NCBI GenBank assembly: GCA_964597575.1
Contig: CAZQXB010000001.1
Location: forward strand, 530,111-594,110
Source: an uncultured Gammaproteobacteria bacterium
GTDB taxonomy: Bacteria; Patescibacteriota; Patescibacteriia; Magasanikbacterales; UBA922
Length of the DNA stretch: 64,000 nt
Reading direction: 5' to 3'
Within the stretch, counting starts at the first letter, position 1. The number at the start of each line of letters is the position of its first letter. A model generated the notes under the pieces. It made no database searches, was not told the DNA's origin, and was given only the letters and a program-made list of their open reading frames with translations. Both the position numbers and the translations under genes were made by a program. This document shows positions 18,408 to 28,217 of the stretch, in pieces.

Positions 18408-19886
18408 ATGACTACTCCTACACCAATCGACATTAATGACGAGCGTTCTGTCCGCCTTGGAAAACTCGCTGACCTGACCGGAATGGGTGTTGACGCCTAT
18501 CCTGCGCGTGTTTCTCGAAAACACACCCTGAAAGAGGCCCTTGCTTTGGCAGAAGGGGAAAAGGCATCTGTGGCTGGAAGAATTTTGGTAAAACGCGATA
18601 TTGGAAAAATCACCTTTGCTCATTTGTTTGACGGATCAGGGGAAAAACTTCAGGTGGTATTTAAAAAGGATACGCTTGGCGATGACTCGTATAAACTTCT
18701 TGTTAAGAAAATTGATGCCGGAGATATCATTTCAGCGGAAGGGGAGCGGTTTGTCACAAACGCCGGCGAACAGTCCCTTCTTGCATCTTCATGGACGTTA
18801 CTCGCAAAATCACTACTTCCACTTCCGGATAAGTTTCACGGACTTCAGGATGAAGAGTTGCGTTTGCGTAAACGATATTTAGATTTTTTGGTCAATCCAG
18901 AAATGCGAGCGAATATTGAAACACGCTCGCGCCTTATTCGGGCGATTCGTGGCTTTTTAGAAGCTCGTGGCTTTTTAGAAGTGGAAACACCAATTCTTGA
19001 ATCTGTTGCTTCGGGTGCCATGGCGAAAACTTTTGATACTCACCTGAATGCATACGATTTAGATGTACATTTGCGTATTTGTATCGGAGAGTTGTGGCAG
19101 AAACGTTTACTCGTTGGTGGTTTTGAGAAAACATTTGAAATTGGTCGTGCGTTTAGAAACGAGGGGGTTGATCATCAGCACAATCCGGAATTTACCATGC
19201 TCGAGTACTACTATGCTTACGCAGATTATGAAGATAATATGCGTCTTCATGAGGAAATGATTCCAGAAGTCGTTCAGGCGGCTGTAGGATCGCTGACCGT
19301 TACTCATGATGGCCACGAAATTAATTTCACGGCACCATATCCGCGAGTAACGTTCCGCGATACTGTACTTGAGCATTCGGGAATTGATATTAACGACTAC
19401 GATACGGTTGAGGCGCTTCAAAAAGTGATGAAAGCGAAAGGGTATGAGGTGGAAAAAGACGCCTCTCGCGGCGCTTTGATGGATAGTTTGTATAAACAGT
19501 CAGCCCGACCAAAATTGATTCAACCCACATTTGTTTTGAATTATCCAATAGAATTAAAGCCGCTCGCAAAAAAAGCTGCTGACCCACGCTATACGGAAAT
19601 GTTTCAGTTGATTGTGAGCGGGTTTGAACTATCGAATTCGTATACGGAGTTAAATGACCCGCTTGATCAGCGTGCTCGTTTCGAAGAACAGGCGGAAAAT
19701 AAAGCAGGCGGGGACGATGAGGCGATGTCGTTTGATGCCGATTATGTTGAAGCACTTGAACATGGGATGCCGCCGGCTACTGGTACAGGAATTGGTATCG
19801 ATCGTTTTGCGGCACTCATTACCGGATCTCATACGCTCCGAGAAGTAACGACATTTCCGATCGTGAAACCCCGCACTGTGTCATAA
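18408..19886 (+). CDS. lysS: lysine--tRNA ligase (class II)
   Basis: LPDKFHGL, FRNEGVD..HNPEFTMLE, ELSNSYTELNDP, GMPPATG.GIGIDR. Confidence 0.96.
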   Translation: MTTPTPIDINDERSVRLGKLADLTGMGVDAYPARVSRKHTLKEALALAEGEKASVAGRILVKRDIGKITFAHLFDGSGEKLQVVFKKDTLGDDSYKLLVKKIDAGDIISAEGERFVTNAGEQSLLASSWTLLAKSLLPLPDKFHGLQDEELRLRKRYLDFLVNPEMRANIETRSRLIRAIRGFLEARGFLEVETPILESVASGAMAKTFDTHLNAYDLDVHLRICIGELWQKRLLVGGFEKTFEIGRAFRNEGVDHQHNPEFTMLEYYYAYADYEDNMRLHEEMIPEVVQAAVGSLTVTHDGHEINFTAPYPRVTFRDTVLEHSGIDINDYDTVEALQKVMKAKGYEVEKDASRGALMDSLYKQSARPKLIQPTFVLNYPIELKPLAKKAADPRYTEMFQLIVSGFELSNSYTELNDPLDQRARFEEQAENKAGGDDEAMSFDADYVEALEHGMPPATGTGIGIDRFAALITGSHTLREVTTFPIVKPRTVS

Positions 19887-19887
19887 T

Positions 19888-20931
19888 ATGGAAAAAACTC
19901 GCCTTGTCATTGGCACGACCAATCAAAACAAGTTCAAAGAAATCAGTGATTTTTTTGCGTACTCTGCGTTTGAGGTGGTGCCTCTGAAAGAGGTGTACCA
20001 AGGTGAAGAATGTGGTGAACCATATGACACCCTTCGTGCAAATGCAATGCACAAGGCAAAATTTTACGGTCAAAAGACCGGCCAAATTGTGCTCTCTGAA
20101 GATGCTGGAATTTTTCTCGATGCTACTCCTGAGTGGCCAGGAGTAAAAAGTGCTCGTATTGCAGAAACACCGGACGAAAGGCTTCAGTTAGTGTTAGAAA
20201 AGTTGTCCGGAGTTAGAGAAGCTGAACGCGGGGCAGAATTTCGCATCTGCGTTGCTCTGTATAATCCGCACGAAGATACCTTTTTAGTTTCAGAAGCTAT
20301 TGAGCGTGGGAGTGTGTTGGAAAAACCCGTAGAGGCAAGTGGGGGGTTTGGATATGACCCTATTTTTTTTGTGCCGGAATTGCAAAAGGCGTATGCAGAA
20401 ATGACTGCCACTGAAAAAAATGAGTATAGTCATCGTGGAAAGGCGCTCGGAAAACTCATGTATCTTCTTAAAAATCAATTTAGCGTAAAACATATTCCGG
20501 TTCCTTGTGGATTGGTCATTCAAAATGGAAAGATGCTCATGAATCGGCGCAATGACCCATTGAACCCTGATTATCATGGGAAATGGGAATTTCCTGGAGG
20601 TGGTGTCGAGTTTGGAGAAACGACCGAAGCGTGTGTGGTGCGGGAGGTGGCCGAAGAAGCTGGGCTCGAGGTTGAAGTGGTTGAACTCATTCCTCAAATT
20701 GCCGTAGAGCCAGTAGCGAAAAAGAATGGTGTGAGATATCAGGCGTATCTTATGCCCTATGTATGTCGCGTCAAACAAGTGCTTGGCTCATCTCGCGACG
20801 AAGAAGTCTTAGAGTCACGGTGGTTTGATCTCGATGAAGTAAAAGATTTTCCTTTAATTGGGCGAAATATGGAATTATATTTGAGTATCCTTTCCCAATT
20901 GAAAGAAATCATTGCGAACCATAAATTATAA
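19888..20931 (+). CDS. rdgB: RdgB/Ham1 non-canonical purine NTP pyrophosphatase fused to a NUDIX hydrolase
   Basis: TTNQNK, EDAG, GFGYDPIF, SHR; C-terminal Nudix box GGGVEFGETTEACVVREVAEEAGL. Confidence 0.88.
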   Translation: MEKTRLVIGTTNQNKFKEISDFFAYSAFEVVPLKEVYQGEECGEPYDTLRANAMHKAKFYGQKTGQIVLSEDAGIFLDATPEWPGVKSARIAETPDERLQLVLEKLSGVREAERGAEFRICVALYNPHEDTFLVSEAIERGSVLEKPVEASGGFGYDPIFFVPELQKAYAEMTATEKNEYSHRGKALGKLMYLLKNQFSVKHIPVPCGLVIQNGKMLMNRRNDPLNPDYHGKWEFPGGGVEFGETTEACVVREVAEEAGLEVEVVELIPQIAVEPVAKKNGVRYQAYLMPYVCRVKQVLGSSRDEEVLESRWFDLDEVKDFPLIGRNMELYLSILSQLKEIIANHKL

Positions 20932-20935
20932 TAGT

Positions 20936-22153
20936 ATGCTCGACATTAAATTTATTAGAGAACACAAAGAAGAGGTGATAAAAAATTGTGCCAACCGCCG
21001 AGTGCGCATTGATATTGAAGCACTTTTGTCGATCGATGAATCTCGTCGTGCTTTGATTACCGAAATTGATACGCTTCGCGCAAGTAAAAATAAAGCCTCG
21101 AAAGGGAAACCAACGCCTGAGGAAATTATTGCCATGAAAGAAGTGGGGGAAGTGGTCAAGAGAAAAGAGGCTGAGCTTTCGGCGCTTGAGGTGGATTACA
21201 TGAACCTCATGCATCAGATTCCGAACATGACGCATCCGGAAAGTCCGATTGGCGAAGAAAGTGAGTTTATTGTCCGCTACACGAACAAAGAACCTCCAAC
21301 GTTTGATTTTGAACCAAAAGACCATGAAGCGCTTTTACTTGGTGCTGACATGGTTGATTTTGAGCGTGGATCAAAAGTGGCTGGGGCGAAGTGGTATTTT
21401 TCCAAAGGACAGTTGGTACAAATAAATCATGCGCTTTTGGGGTACGGCATGAATTTGCTTGAAAAGCATGGGTTTACCCTCATGGAAACACCAGATGTGG
21501 CAAAGGCTGAAATTTTACTAGGAGCCGGGTTTATTCCCCGTGGGCCAGAAACCCAAATTTATAACTTGGAAGAAAGTGATTTGAGTTTAATCGGCACAGC
21601 AGAAATTACGGTGCTCGGGTACCACGCGAATGAAATTCTTGATTTATCGAATGGGCCTAAAAAGTACGCTGCCATTTCACACTGTTTTCGTACTGAAGCC
21701 GGAGCGTATGGCCGTACCAGCAAAGGGCTGTATCGCGTTCATCAGTTTACCAAACTCGAAATGTTTGTGTTTTGTAAACCAGAAGAAAGCGAGAAATACC
21801 ATGAGGAAATTTTAAATATTGAAAAAGAAATTTGTGATGGGCTTGATTTAGCCTACCGTGTGATTGATATTCCATCTGCAGATCTGGGCGGCCCTGCGTA
21901 TCGGAAATATGATATCGAGGCGTTCATGACCATGAAAAATGATTATGGTGAAGTAACGAGTACCAGTAACTGTACCGATTACCAAGCACGTCGCATGAAC
22001 ATTAAATACCGAAAAGATGATGGTTCGGTTGAGTTTGTCCATACGTTGAATGGAACCGCATTAAATACGAGCCGATTCCCAATCGCCATCATTGAACAGC
22101 ACCAAACAAAAGATGGGGGAATACACTTTCCTAAAACACTCGGGGTAGCGTAG
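20936..22153 (+). CDS. serS: serine--tRNA ligase
   Basis: MLDIKFIRE, LIGTAE, CFRTEAG..G...GLYRVHQF.K.E, SNCTDYQARR, HTLNGT. Confidence 0.96.
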   Translation: MLDIKFIREHKEEVIKNCANRRVRIDIEALLSIDESRRALITEIDTLRASKNKASKGKPTPEEIIAMKEVGEVVKRKEAELSALEVDYMNLMHQIPNMTHPESPIGEESEFIVRYTNKEPPTFDFEPKDHEALLLGADMVDFERGSKVAGAKWYFSKGQLVQINHALLGYGMNLLEKHGFTLMETPDVAKAEILLGAGFIPRGPETQIYNLEESDLSLIGTAEITVLGYHANEILDLSNGPKKYAAISHCFRTEAGAYGRTSKGLYRVHQFTKLEMFVFCKPEESEKYHEEILNIEKEICDGLDLAYRVIDIPSADLGGPAYRKYDIEAFMTMKNDYGEVTSTSNCTDYQARRMNIKYRKDDGSVEFVHTLNGTALNTSRFPIAIIEQHQTKDGGIHFPKTLGVA

Positions 22154-22184
22154 CCGTTCAAGAAGGTCGTAATTTTATTTTCTT

Positions 22185-22916
22185 ATGGCCAAACCCATAC
22201 TCGTCATTCTTCCAGGGTGGGGTGGTACGCACGAAACGTGGCGTGATTTTATTGCGGCTGCAAAAACATCAGGCCCCGAAACCCGCTGTATCGATCTTCC
22301 TTGTTTTGGTGATGCACCGTGCCCGCCGCATGTCTGGGGGGTGGACGAGTATGCGCGGTATGTCCGAGATCAGTTGGATGTGATAAAAACAGCAGAACCC
22401 GATGCGCAGATTCATCTTTTGGGCCACTCATTTGGGGGGCAGGTTGCTGTGGTTGTAGCGGCAAAGTACGGTGAGTACATCTCAAGCCTTATTCTTTCTG
22501 GTGCTGCAGTGTTTCGTCCCAAACAAGTGCTTCACCGGGCAGTATTTGGACTCATTGCAAAAGTAGGAAAGCTCGTTTTTCGTCTTCCTCTCCTCGAGCG
22601 CTTTAGTGATACAGCAAAGAAAGTGCTGTATCGTGGTGCGGAATCCCCAGATTATGCGGCTACGTCGGGTATAAAAAGAGATATCTTCAAAAAAATTATT
22701 CGAGAAGATGTATCATTATATTTGCCGGGTATTCGCTTGAACACATTAGTATTATGGGGAAGCCATGATACGTATGTTCCACTTTCTTTGGGAAAACGTA
22801 TTGCATCTGCTCTTCCAAAAAGTCAGCTTGTGATTATTCCAAAAGCTGGGCACGGTCTTCATATTTCAAATATTCCACGCATGCTCCATAGCATTCGTAC
22901 TTTTCTTGGTCTATGA
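22185..22916 (+). CDS. alpha/beta hydrolase
   Basis: PGWG oxyanion motif, GHSFGG nucleophile elbow, WG..D, AGH. Confidence 0.85.
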   Translation: MAKPILVILPGWGGTHETWRDFIAAAKTSGPETRCIDLPCFGDAPCPPHVWGVDEYARYVRDQLDVIKTAEPDAQIHLLGHSFGGQVAVVVAAKYGEYISSLILSGAAVFRPKQVLHRAVFGLIAKVGKLVFRLPLLERFSDTAKKVLYRGAESPDYAATSGIKRDIFKKIIREDVSLYLPGIRLNTLVLWGSHDTYVPLSLGKRIASALPKSQLVIIPKAGHGLHISNIPRMLHSIRTFLGL

Positions 22917-24508
22917 CCCTTGCTGCTTTTACCGCTGTTATCGTTGGTATCTGGGCCATTGCTGCCTTAGTTGAGTATGCAGAATTATGCTATTTTTGGC
23001 AGCTGAAAGAATACCGCCTCGATCGTTTTCGAGATTTTCTTCGTACCAAAGAAGGAAAAAAAATGTGGTGGCGCACCCCATTGTATTGGAGAGTCCCTCT
23101 TCTATTCTTTTTGCTTGTCCTTCCGCTTAATTATGACTGGGCGCGCTATGCAGCGTTCGCTGTGGCGAGCCTTGATGCTCTTTGGTTTCTTAGCCGGTTG
23201 GTGCTTCGTCGTTTGCCTAGACCGGTGATCACTGTAAAAGCTCTCGGTGTGATGGGTCTCTCTCTTTTGGTGGAGGCGATCCTTGGGTATTTCACACGAG
23301 AATGGGCCTTTATGGTGGCGGTTGCTATGAGTCGTGTGGTTCTTATGGGGGTCATGGTAGCGCTTATGAATGTTCCAACAAGCCTTGCGAAAAAAGTATT
23401 TCTTTTGCTTGCGACAAGAAAACTCCAGCGTTTTGAAGGATTGCTTGTCATTGGTATTACGGGAAGTTACGGAAAGAGTAGTACGAAAGAATTTTTAGAT
23501 ACGATTTTATCGCGAAAGTTTAGTGTTGTGCGTACTCCTAAAAATATTAATACCGAAATCGGAGTCGCGCAGTTTATTTTGAAAACTTCCTTTGAAGGAA
23601 AAGATATATTTCTCGTAGAAATGGATGCCTACCGGTTAGGTGAGAACACCACGATGTGCCAAATGGTAAAACCAAAGATCGGTATTTTAACCGCCATTAA
23701 CGAACAACATCTTTCGCTCACGGGGAGTATTGAAAATACGCAAATGGCAAATTTTGAACTTCTCCGTGCATTGCCGGTTGATGGTTTAGCCATTACGAAT
23801 ACCGACAATGCACTGTGTCGTGAGCCACTTCCGACCCTTACTTGTACGATCCAGACATTTGGAACGGAAAGTACTTTTTCGCCAACATGTTTAATTAAGG
23901 AAGCTGAGCCTACGCCTAAGGGAATGAAAGTTTCCTTTGCCCTCCTCGGTGAAGAAGTTTCAGGTATTACTCCGATTGTTGGAACGCATCATTCCTATAA
24001 CATTGCTCCGTGCTTACTTATTGCTCGTCATTTGGGTATTCCGCATACCGATTTAGTAACCGCTCTTGAAACTCTACATCTCCCGGTTCACGGCATGAAA
24101 ATTCGCTCCTATGGTCGAACCACAGTGATTGACGATAGTTATAATTCGAATCCGGATGGTTTTGCTGCTGCGCTTGATGTGCTATCCCGGTTTGGAGGGG
24201 AGCGTCGGCGTATTGTGATGACCCGAGGTATGCTTGAACTTGGAAATAAAACAGAAGAACTTCACCGCCGTATTGGCGAAGAAATTGCTTTTATGGCCGA
24301 TGAGTTGGTTATTATTAAACCAGACTTTGCCGAATTTTTGATTAAAGGGGTGGGTGAAAAGTACAAAACAAATATCCGCCAGCTCTTTGAACCTGCAGAA
24401 CTCGTGGCATATTTACGCACTATGAAGGAGACTGACGCGGTTATTCTTTTAGAGAATCGTATGCCGGAAGCGGTGTATCGAGAGCTCGCTTCAACAGAAG
24501 AACGATAA
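22913..24508 (+). CDS. murF: MurF ligase with N-terminal membrane extension
   Basis: GITGSYGKSSTKE, N.NTEIG, IDDSYNSNPDG, GMLELG. Confidence 0.85.
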   Translation: MTLAAFTAVIVGIWAIAALVEYAELCYFWQLKEYRLDRFRDFLRTKEGKKMWWRTPLYWRVPLLFFLLVLPLNYDWARYAAFAVASLDALWFLSRLVLRRLPRPVITVKALGVMGLSLLVEAILGYFTREWAFMVAVAMSRVVLMGVMVALMNVPTSLAKKVFLLLATRKLQRFEGLLVIGITGSYGKSSTKEFLDTILSRKFSVVRTPKNINTEIGVAQFILKTSFEGKDIFLVEMDAYRLGENTTMCQMVKPKIGILTAINEQHLSLTGSIENTQMANFELLRALPVDGLAITNTDNALCREPLPTLTCTIQTFGTESTFSPTCLIKEAEPTPKGMKVSFALLGEEVSGITPIVGTHHSYNIAPCLLIARHLGIPHTDLVTALETLHLPVHGMKIRSYGRTTVIDDSYNSNPDGFAAALDVLSRFGGERRRIVMTRGMLELGNKTEELHRRIGEEIAFMADELVIIKPDFAEFLIKGVGEKYKTNIRQLFEPAELVAYLRTMKETDAVILLENRMPEAVYRELASTEER

Positions 24509-24511
24509 GGT

Positions 24512-25738
24512 ATGGCGAGACACCTCTTTACTGGTTTTGCTCCTCACGCCACGCTTCCTCGTGTGTTTATTGCGCTACAGTCTTTTTTTAGGAAACCTCA
24601 AGCCGGACTCTTATCTCAGGTTGAGGAAGAACTTCAGGCGACCTATGGAGTAGAAGCATTGACCCTCGTCGATAGCGGACGCTCAGCGCTTCTTCTTGCG
24701 GTAAAAACCCTTGCGCTCCAAGCCGGGGACGAAATCATAGTTCCTGGCTATACCTGCATGGTGGTCGCGAACGCCATTCGCGCCACTGGGGTAATTCCAG
24801 TCTATGTTGATATTGATGAGACATTGACCATGTCTCCTGACGCTCTCAAACGTGCTATTACACCAAGAACAAAGGCAATCATGATGCAGTATACCTTTGG
24901 GGAGCCAGGGCATGTAACCGAACTTTTGGCATGTGCGAAACAACACAAGCTTTTTGTTATTGAGGACGCAGCTCACACCGTTTTTGGCTCAGTAGATGGA
25001 GTGCTTTTGGGCACATTCGGAGATATCGGAATTACAAGTTTTGGTCGGGAGAAAGCTATTTCCGCAGAACGCGGTGGTGCACTTTTTACCAATAATCCAA
25101 AGTTTGCAACCCAGATTCGTTCGTATCGTCAGTCTCTTTCTTCTTTTTCTCGGTCTCGGGCCAAAGTATATTTGGGAAGTGAGCTGTGGTTTTTGTTTGG
25201 AAAAAAACTGTATCAGTTCGGAATAGGAAAAGTAATTTTGGCGTTTGGGGCAAAGATAGGCGCAATTCCCAAAATTATGGAACCTAAAGAAAAAAGCGGC
25301 CAGATTCCCCATGAGCCAATGCGTTTTCCTGATGTTCTTGTTCCGCTCCTTCGATATGCACTCGTACATGTTCATACATTAAATGCCCACCGCCAAACGA
25401 TCGCTCGTATGTATGACGAAGGTCTTCCAAAAGATATTCGCCGTCAGACTCGCTCTGGCGTCGGCAGTATTCCTTTGGAATATAGTATTTGCGTTCAACA
25501 ACCAGAAAAATTAGTAGCGCTTTTGCGAAAAAAAGGAGTGGTGCTCTCTCGCGCTTGGGGAGGGTCTCCGATTGTGCCAAAAGGAAGCGGGCTTAAGGAG
25601 GCGGGATATACTTTAGGCTCATGTCCGAATGCAGAAGAGTGGGCTCGAGGGGAAGTATCACTTCCAACGCACCTTGGCATCACTGAGGAAGACGCGAAAC
25701 GTATTATTCACGGTATACACTTGTATGTATCTTGTTAA
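24512..25738 (+). CDS. DegT/DnrJ/EryC1/StrS PLP-dependent aminotransferase
   Basis: DSGRSAL, IEDAAH, SFGREK (PLP lysine), SLPTH. Confidence 0.85.
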   Translation: MARHLFTGFAPHATLPRVFIALQSFFRKPQAGLLSQVEEELQATYGVEALTLVDSGRSALLLAVKTLALQAGDEIIVPGYTCMVVANAIRATGVIPVYVDIDETLTMSPDALKRAITPRTKAIMMQYTFGEPGHVTELLACAKQHKLFVIEDAAHTVFGSVDGVLLGTFGDIGITSFGREKAISAERGGALFTNNPKFATQIRSYRQSLSSFSRSRAKVYLGSELWFLFGKKLYQFGIGKVILAFGAKIGAIPKIMEPKEKSGQIPHEPMRFPDVLVPLLRYALVHVHTLNAHRQTIARMYDEGLPKDIRRQTRSGVGSIPLEYSICVQQPEKLVALLRKKGVVLSRAWGGSPIVPKGSGLKEAGYTLGSCPNAEEWARGEVSLPTHLGITEEDAKRIIHGIHLYVSC

Positions 25739-26750
25739 GGAGGTTATTGATCGAGAGCAATGGGAAACGTTTTTACTTTCTGAACCTTGGACGCTTTTTA
25801 CCCAATCCAGTGCCTACGGAGATTTTTATCGTTCACTCGGCGAATCTGCGTGGATTTTTGGTGTATATGAGGGGGAAAAATTGGTAGGCGGAGCACTGGT
25901 TGTTTCGACTCATGCGAAGCGTGGTAATTTTCTTTTTGTTCCGTATGGTCCGGTATGTACTAAGGGGCACGAGGGTATTATTCCCATTCTTCTTCAACAT
26001 ATCAAAGCCTTTGGAAAAAAGAGCGGCTATGTATTTTTGCGTATTAGCCCGTATGAGGAGAGTTCTCCGCAAGGTACGGCTTTTTGGAAAGAGCTTGGGG
26101 CAAAGCCAGCACCAATGCATGTACTGGCGGAAACCACTTGGCTTTTGGATATTCGCCCATCCGTCGACGAACTTTTGGCGCACATGAATAAAAATCACCG
26201 TAACCTGATACGTCGTTTAGAAAAAGAAGGGGTGCGAGTGGAAATTCGCACCGATGATGAAGCGATAGCGCTATTTAACACGCTTCACGATGTTACTGCT
26301 CTCCGACATAAGTTTACGCGTTTTTCCGCCACCTATATTACAAAAGAGTTTCAGGCCATGCGAAGTGTAGAGGGTGCCTCAGTGCTTTTGGGTTACTTAC
26401 CAGATGGTACGCTTGATGCGGCAGCAATTATGATGAAGTACGGAACTATGGCGGCATACCGTCATGGCGCTTCTTTAGGAAAGGATAAACGACTCCCTGT
26501 TTCCTACTTGGTCCAGTGGGCAGCCATCCAAGAAGCGAAACGTTTGGGCGGAATATGGTATAATTTTTGGGGGATCGCGCCCGAAGGCGCTTCGTCTTCT
26601 CATCCGTTCCATGGAATTACTCATTTTAAAAAAGGGTTTGGCGGATTTTTAAAAGAACTCGAGCACTGTCAGGATATTCCGCTCTCGCCATGGTACGCAC
26701 TGAATTGGCTTATTGAAACCTTTCGACGGTTTCGCCGAGGTTTTGCCTAA
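25725..26750 (+). CDS. FemABX/FemX-like peptidoglycan interpeptide-bridge aminoacyltransferase
   Basis: FTQS..YG, PYGP, R.LIRR.EK.GV, YNFWGI, FKKGFGG; start at MYLVKE. Confidence 0.85.
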   Translation: MYLVKEVIDREQWETFLLSEPWTLFTQSSAYGDFYRSLGESAWIFGVYEGEKLVGGALVVSTHAKRGNFLFVPYGPVCTKGHEGIIPILLQHIKAFGKKSGYVFLRISPYEESSPQGTAFWKELGAKPAPMHVLAETTWLLDIRPSVDELLAHMNKNHRNLIRRLEKEGVRVEIRTDDEAIALFNTLHDVTALRHKFTRFSATYITKEFQAMRSVEGASVLLGYLPDGTLDAAAIMMKYGTMAAYRHGASLGKDKRLPVSYLVQWAAIQEAKRLGGIWYNFWGIAPEGASSSHPFHGITHFKKGFGGFLKELEHCQDIPLSPWYALNWLIETFRRFRRGFA

Positions 26751-26770
26751 AGCGCAAACATTTTGGTTCC

Positions 26771-27763
26771 ATGCTTCCTAATCCGTACAAAGTTCGCCGT
26801 AAGTGGCGTCGACAGGGTGCCGTGAAAGCAGAGCACTCTTTTGCTGAACCGAAAGCACCGAATCCCTATCGTGCAAAAGAAAAAGTTTCGCATTGGCGAC
26901 GCTATGTTCTTTTGTTTCTAGGATTGTTGTCGATTTTCGGCATGAGTATTCTTCTTTTAACTCATCCTTTTTTTGCTATTTCTAAAATTGAAATTTCAGG
27001 GACCGAACGCCTAAGTGAAGAATTAATTCGCCAAAGCATTGAAGAAAAATTAGGGACAGTTTTATATGAGAAACTCCCTTTTTCAGGTCGGGCGTATCTT
27101 CTCATTCGAGTAGCAGGTGTGCGGGCGTGGCTCATGGAGCGTTTTTCTCTTGAGCAGGCAGTAGTTCGAAAAGAGTTTCCGAACACACTTCGAATAACGG
27201 TCACTGAACGGTTGTCGAATGTCATTCTCGATGACGGGGTATCGTATCGTTTTGTTGGACTTCAGGGGGAAGTACTTGATACCGTGGCCCCGGTAGGTGC
27301 GAACTCTTGGGAACAGGAAGTACAGGTATCAACAACGACGCTCGCGGATGGCACTATTCGGCGGAATGAGGAAGTGGTGAGTCGAACGCATACACCCGAA
27401 GTCGAACGTATGCGCAGTGTAGCAGGGGATTACCCCATTTTACTTGTTGTGCGACAGCGAACACCGAGCTCAACACCAGAAGTACTTTCTTCTGTTGACC
27501 CGCTTTTGGTTGCTCGCACCATTGAGTGGTACGAATATTTGAGTAAAAAAACCGACATTCCTTTTTGGTATATCGAAAAACAAGGAAACCCAGGCCCATA
27601 TGCAACTCTGTTTACGAAAGAGGGATGGCGGCTCTTCATTCCTTTGAACGAATCGGCCAAAGAAGTGGCGCCTCGCCTTGAGGCTGTTCTCTCAAAGCAT
27701 GTTCCGCGAAAGAATCTTCAGTACATTGACATGCGCTATCCTGGGCTTGTGTATTGGCGATAG
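26771..27763 (+). CDS. ftsQ: FtsQ/DivIB-type cell division protein
   Basis: TM, POTRA (F.I..IEISG...KEFPNTL.I.V.ER), C-terminal YIDMRY. Confidence 0.75.
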   Translation: MLPNPYKVRRKWRRQGAVKAEHSFAEPKAPNPYRAKEKVSHWRRYVLLFLGLLSIFGMSILLLTHPFFAISKIEISGTERLSEELIRQSIEEKLGTVLYEKLPFSGRAYLLIRVAGVRAWLMERFSLEQAVVRKEFPNTLRITVTERLSNVILDDGVSYRFVGLQGEVLDTVAPVGANSWEQEVQVSTTTLADGTIRRNEEVVSRTHTPEVERMRSVAGDYPILLVVRQRTPSSTPEVLSSVDPLLVARTIEWYEYLSKKTDIPFWYIEKQGNPGPYATLFTKEGWRLFIPLNESAKEVAPRLEAVLSKHVPRKNLQYIDMRYPGLVYWR

Positions 27764-27768
27764 GGGGC

Positions 27769-27798
27769 TTGCTCTAAATGCAACTCATATGCTATACT
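27769..27798 (+). promoter_or_regulatory. promoter of the zur-znuACB operon with a candidate Fur-family operator
   Basis: TTGCTC ... TG-n-TATACT; imperfect TGCAAC-tca-TATGC palindrome between the hexamers. Confidence 0.4.
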
Positions 27799-27817
27799 GA
27801 ATCTACCTATTTCTTGT

Positions 27818-28213
27818 ATGAATCAGTCACTCGTCGAAAAAGTTGCAGCAAAAGGATATAAATCAACAAAAACGCGTGAAAAAATCTGCGCCTTTATTGA
27901 ATCAATTGACGGCATGTTTTCGGTTGGGGATATTGTAAAAGGGTTGCGTGGGCTTGATAAGGTTACAGTGTATCGCACCATTGATTTGCTTACCCTGCTT
28001 GATTTTATTCACCCTACCGTTCACTTGGGTGAGGAGCAGCTCTACGAGCTTCATGGCGGAGAGAAGCATCACCACCATGTTATCTGCACGTCGTGTAGAA
28101 AAAATGCCTGCGTTCCCTGCGACACAGATTCTAATAAAAAAATTCCAGGTTTTGTACAAATTCATCACGATGTGGCGTACACGAGCTTGTGCCGCACCTG
28201 TGTAAAAAATTAA
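27818..28213 (+). CDS. zur: Fur-family regulator (probably Zur)
   Basis: TVYRTIDLL, HHHHVICTSC, C-terminal CRTC; heads a zinc ABC operon. Confidence 0.8.
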   Translation: MNQSLVEKVAAKGYKSTKTREKICAFIESIDGMFSVGDIVKGLRGLDKVTVYRTIDLLTLLDFIHPTVHLGEEQLYELHGGEKHHHHVICTSCRKNACVPCDTDSNKKIPGFVQIHHDVAYTSLCRTCVKN

Positions 28214-28217
28214 CGAT

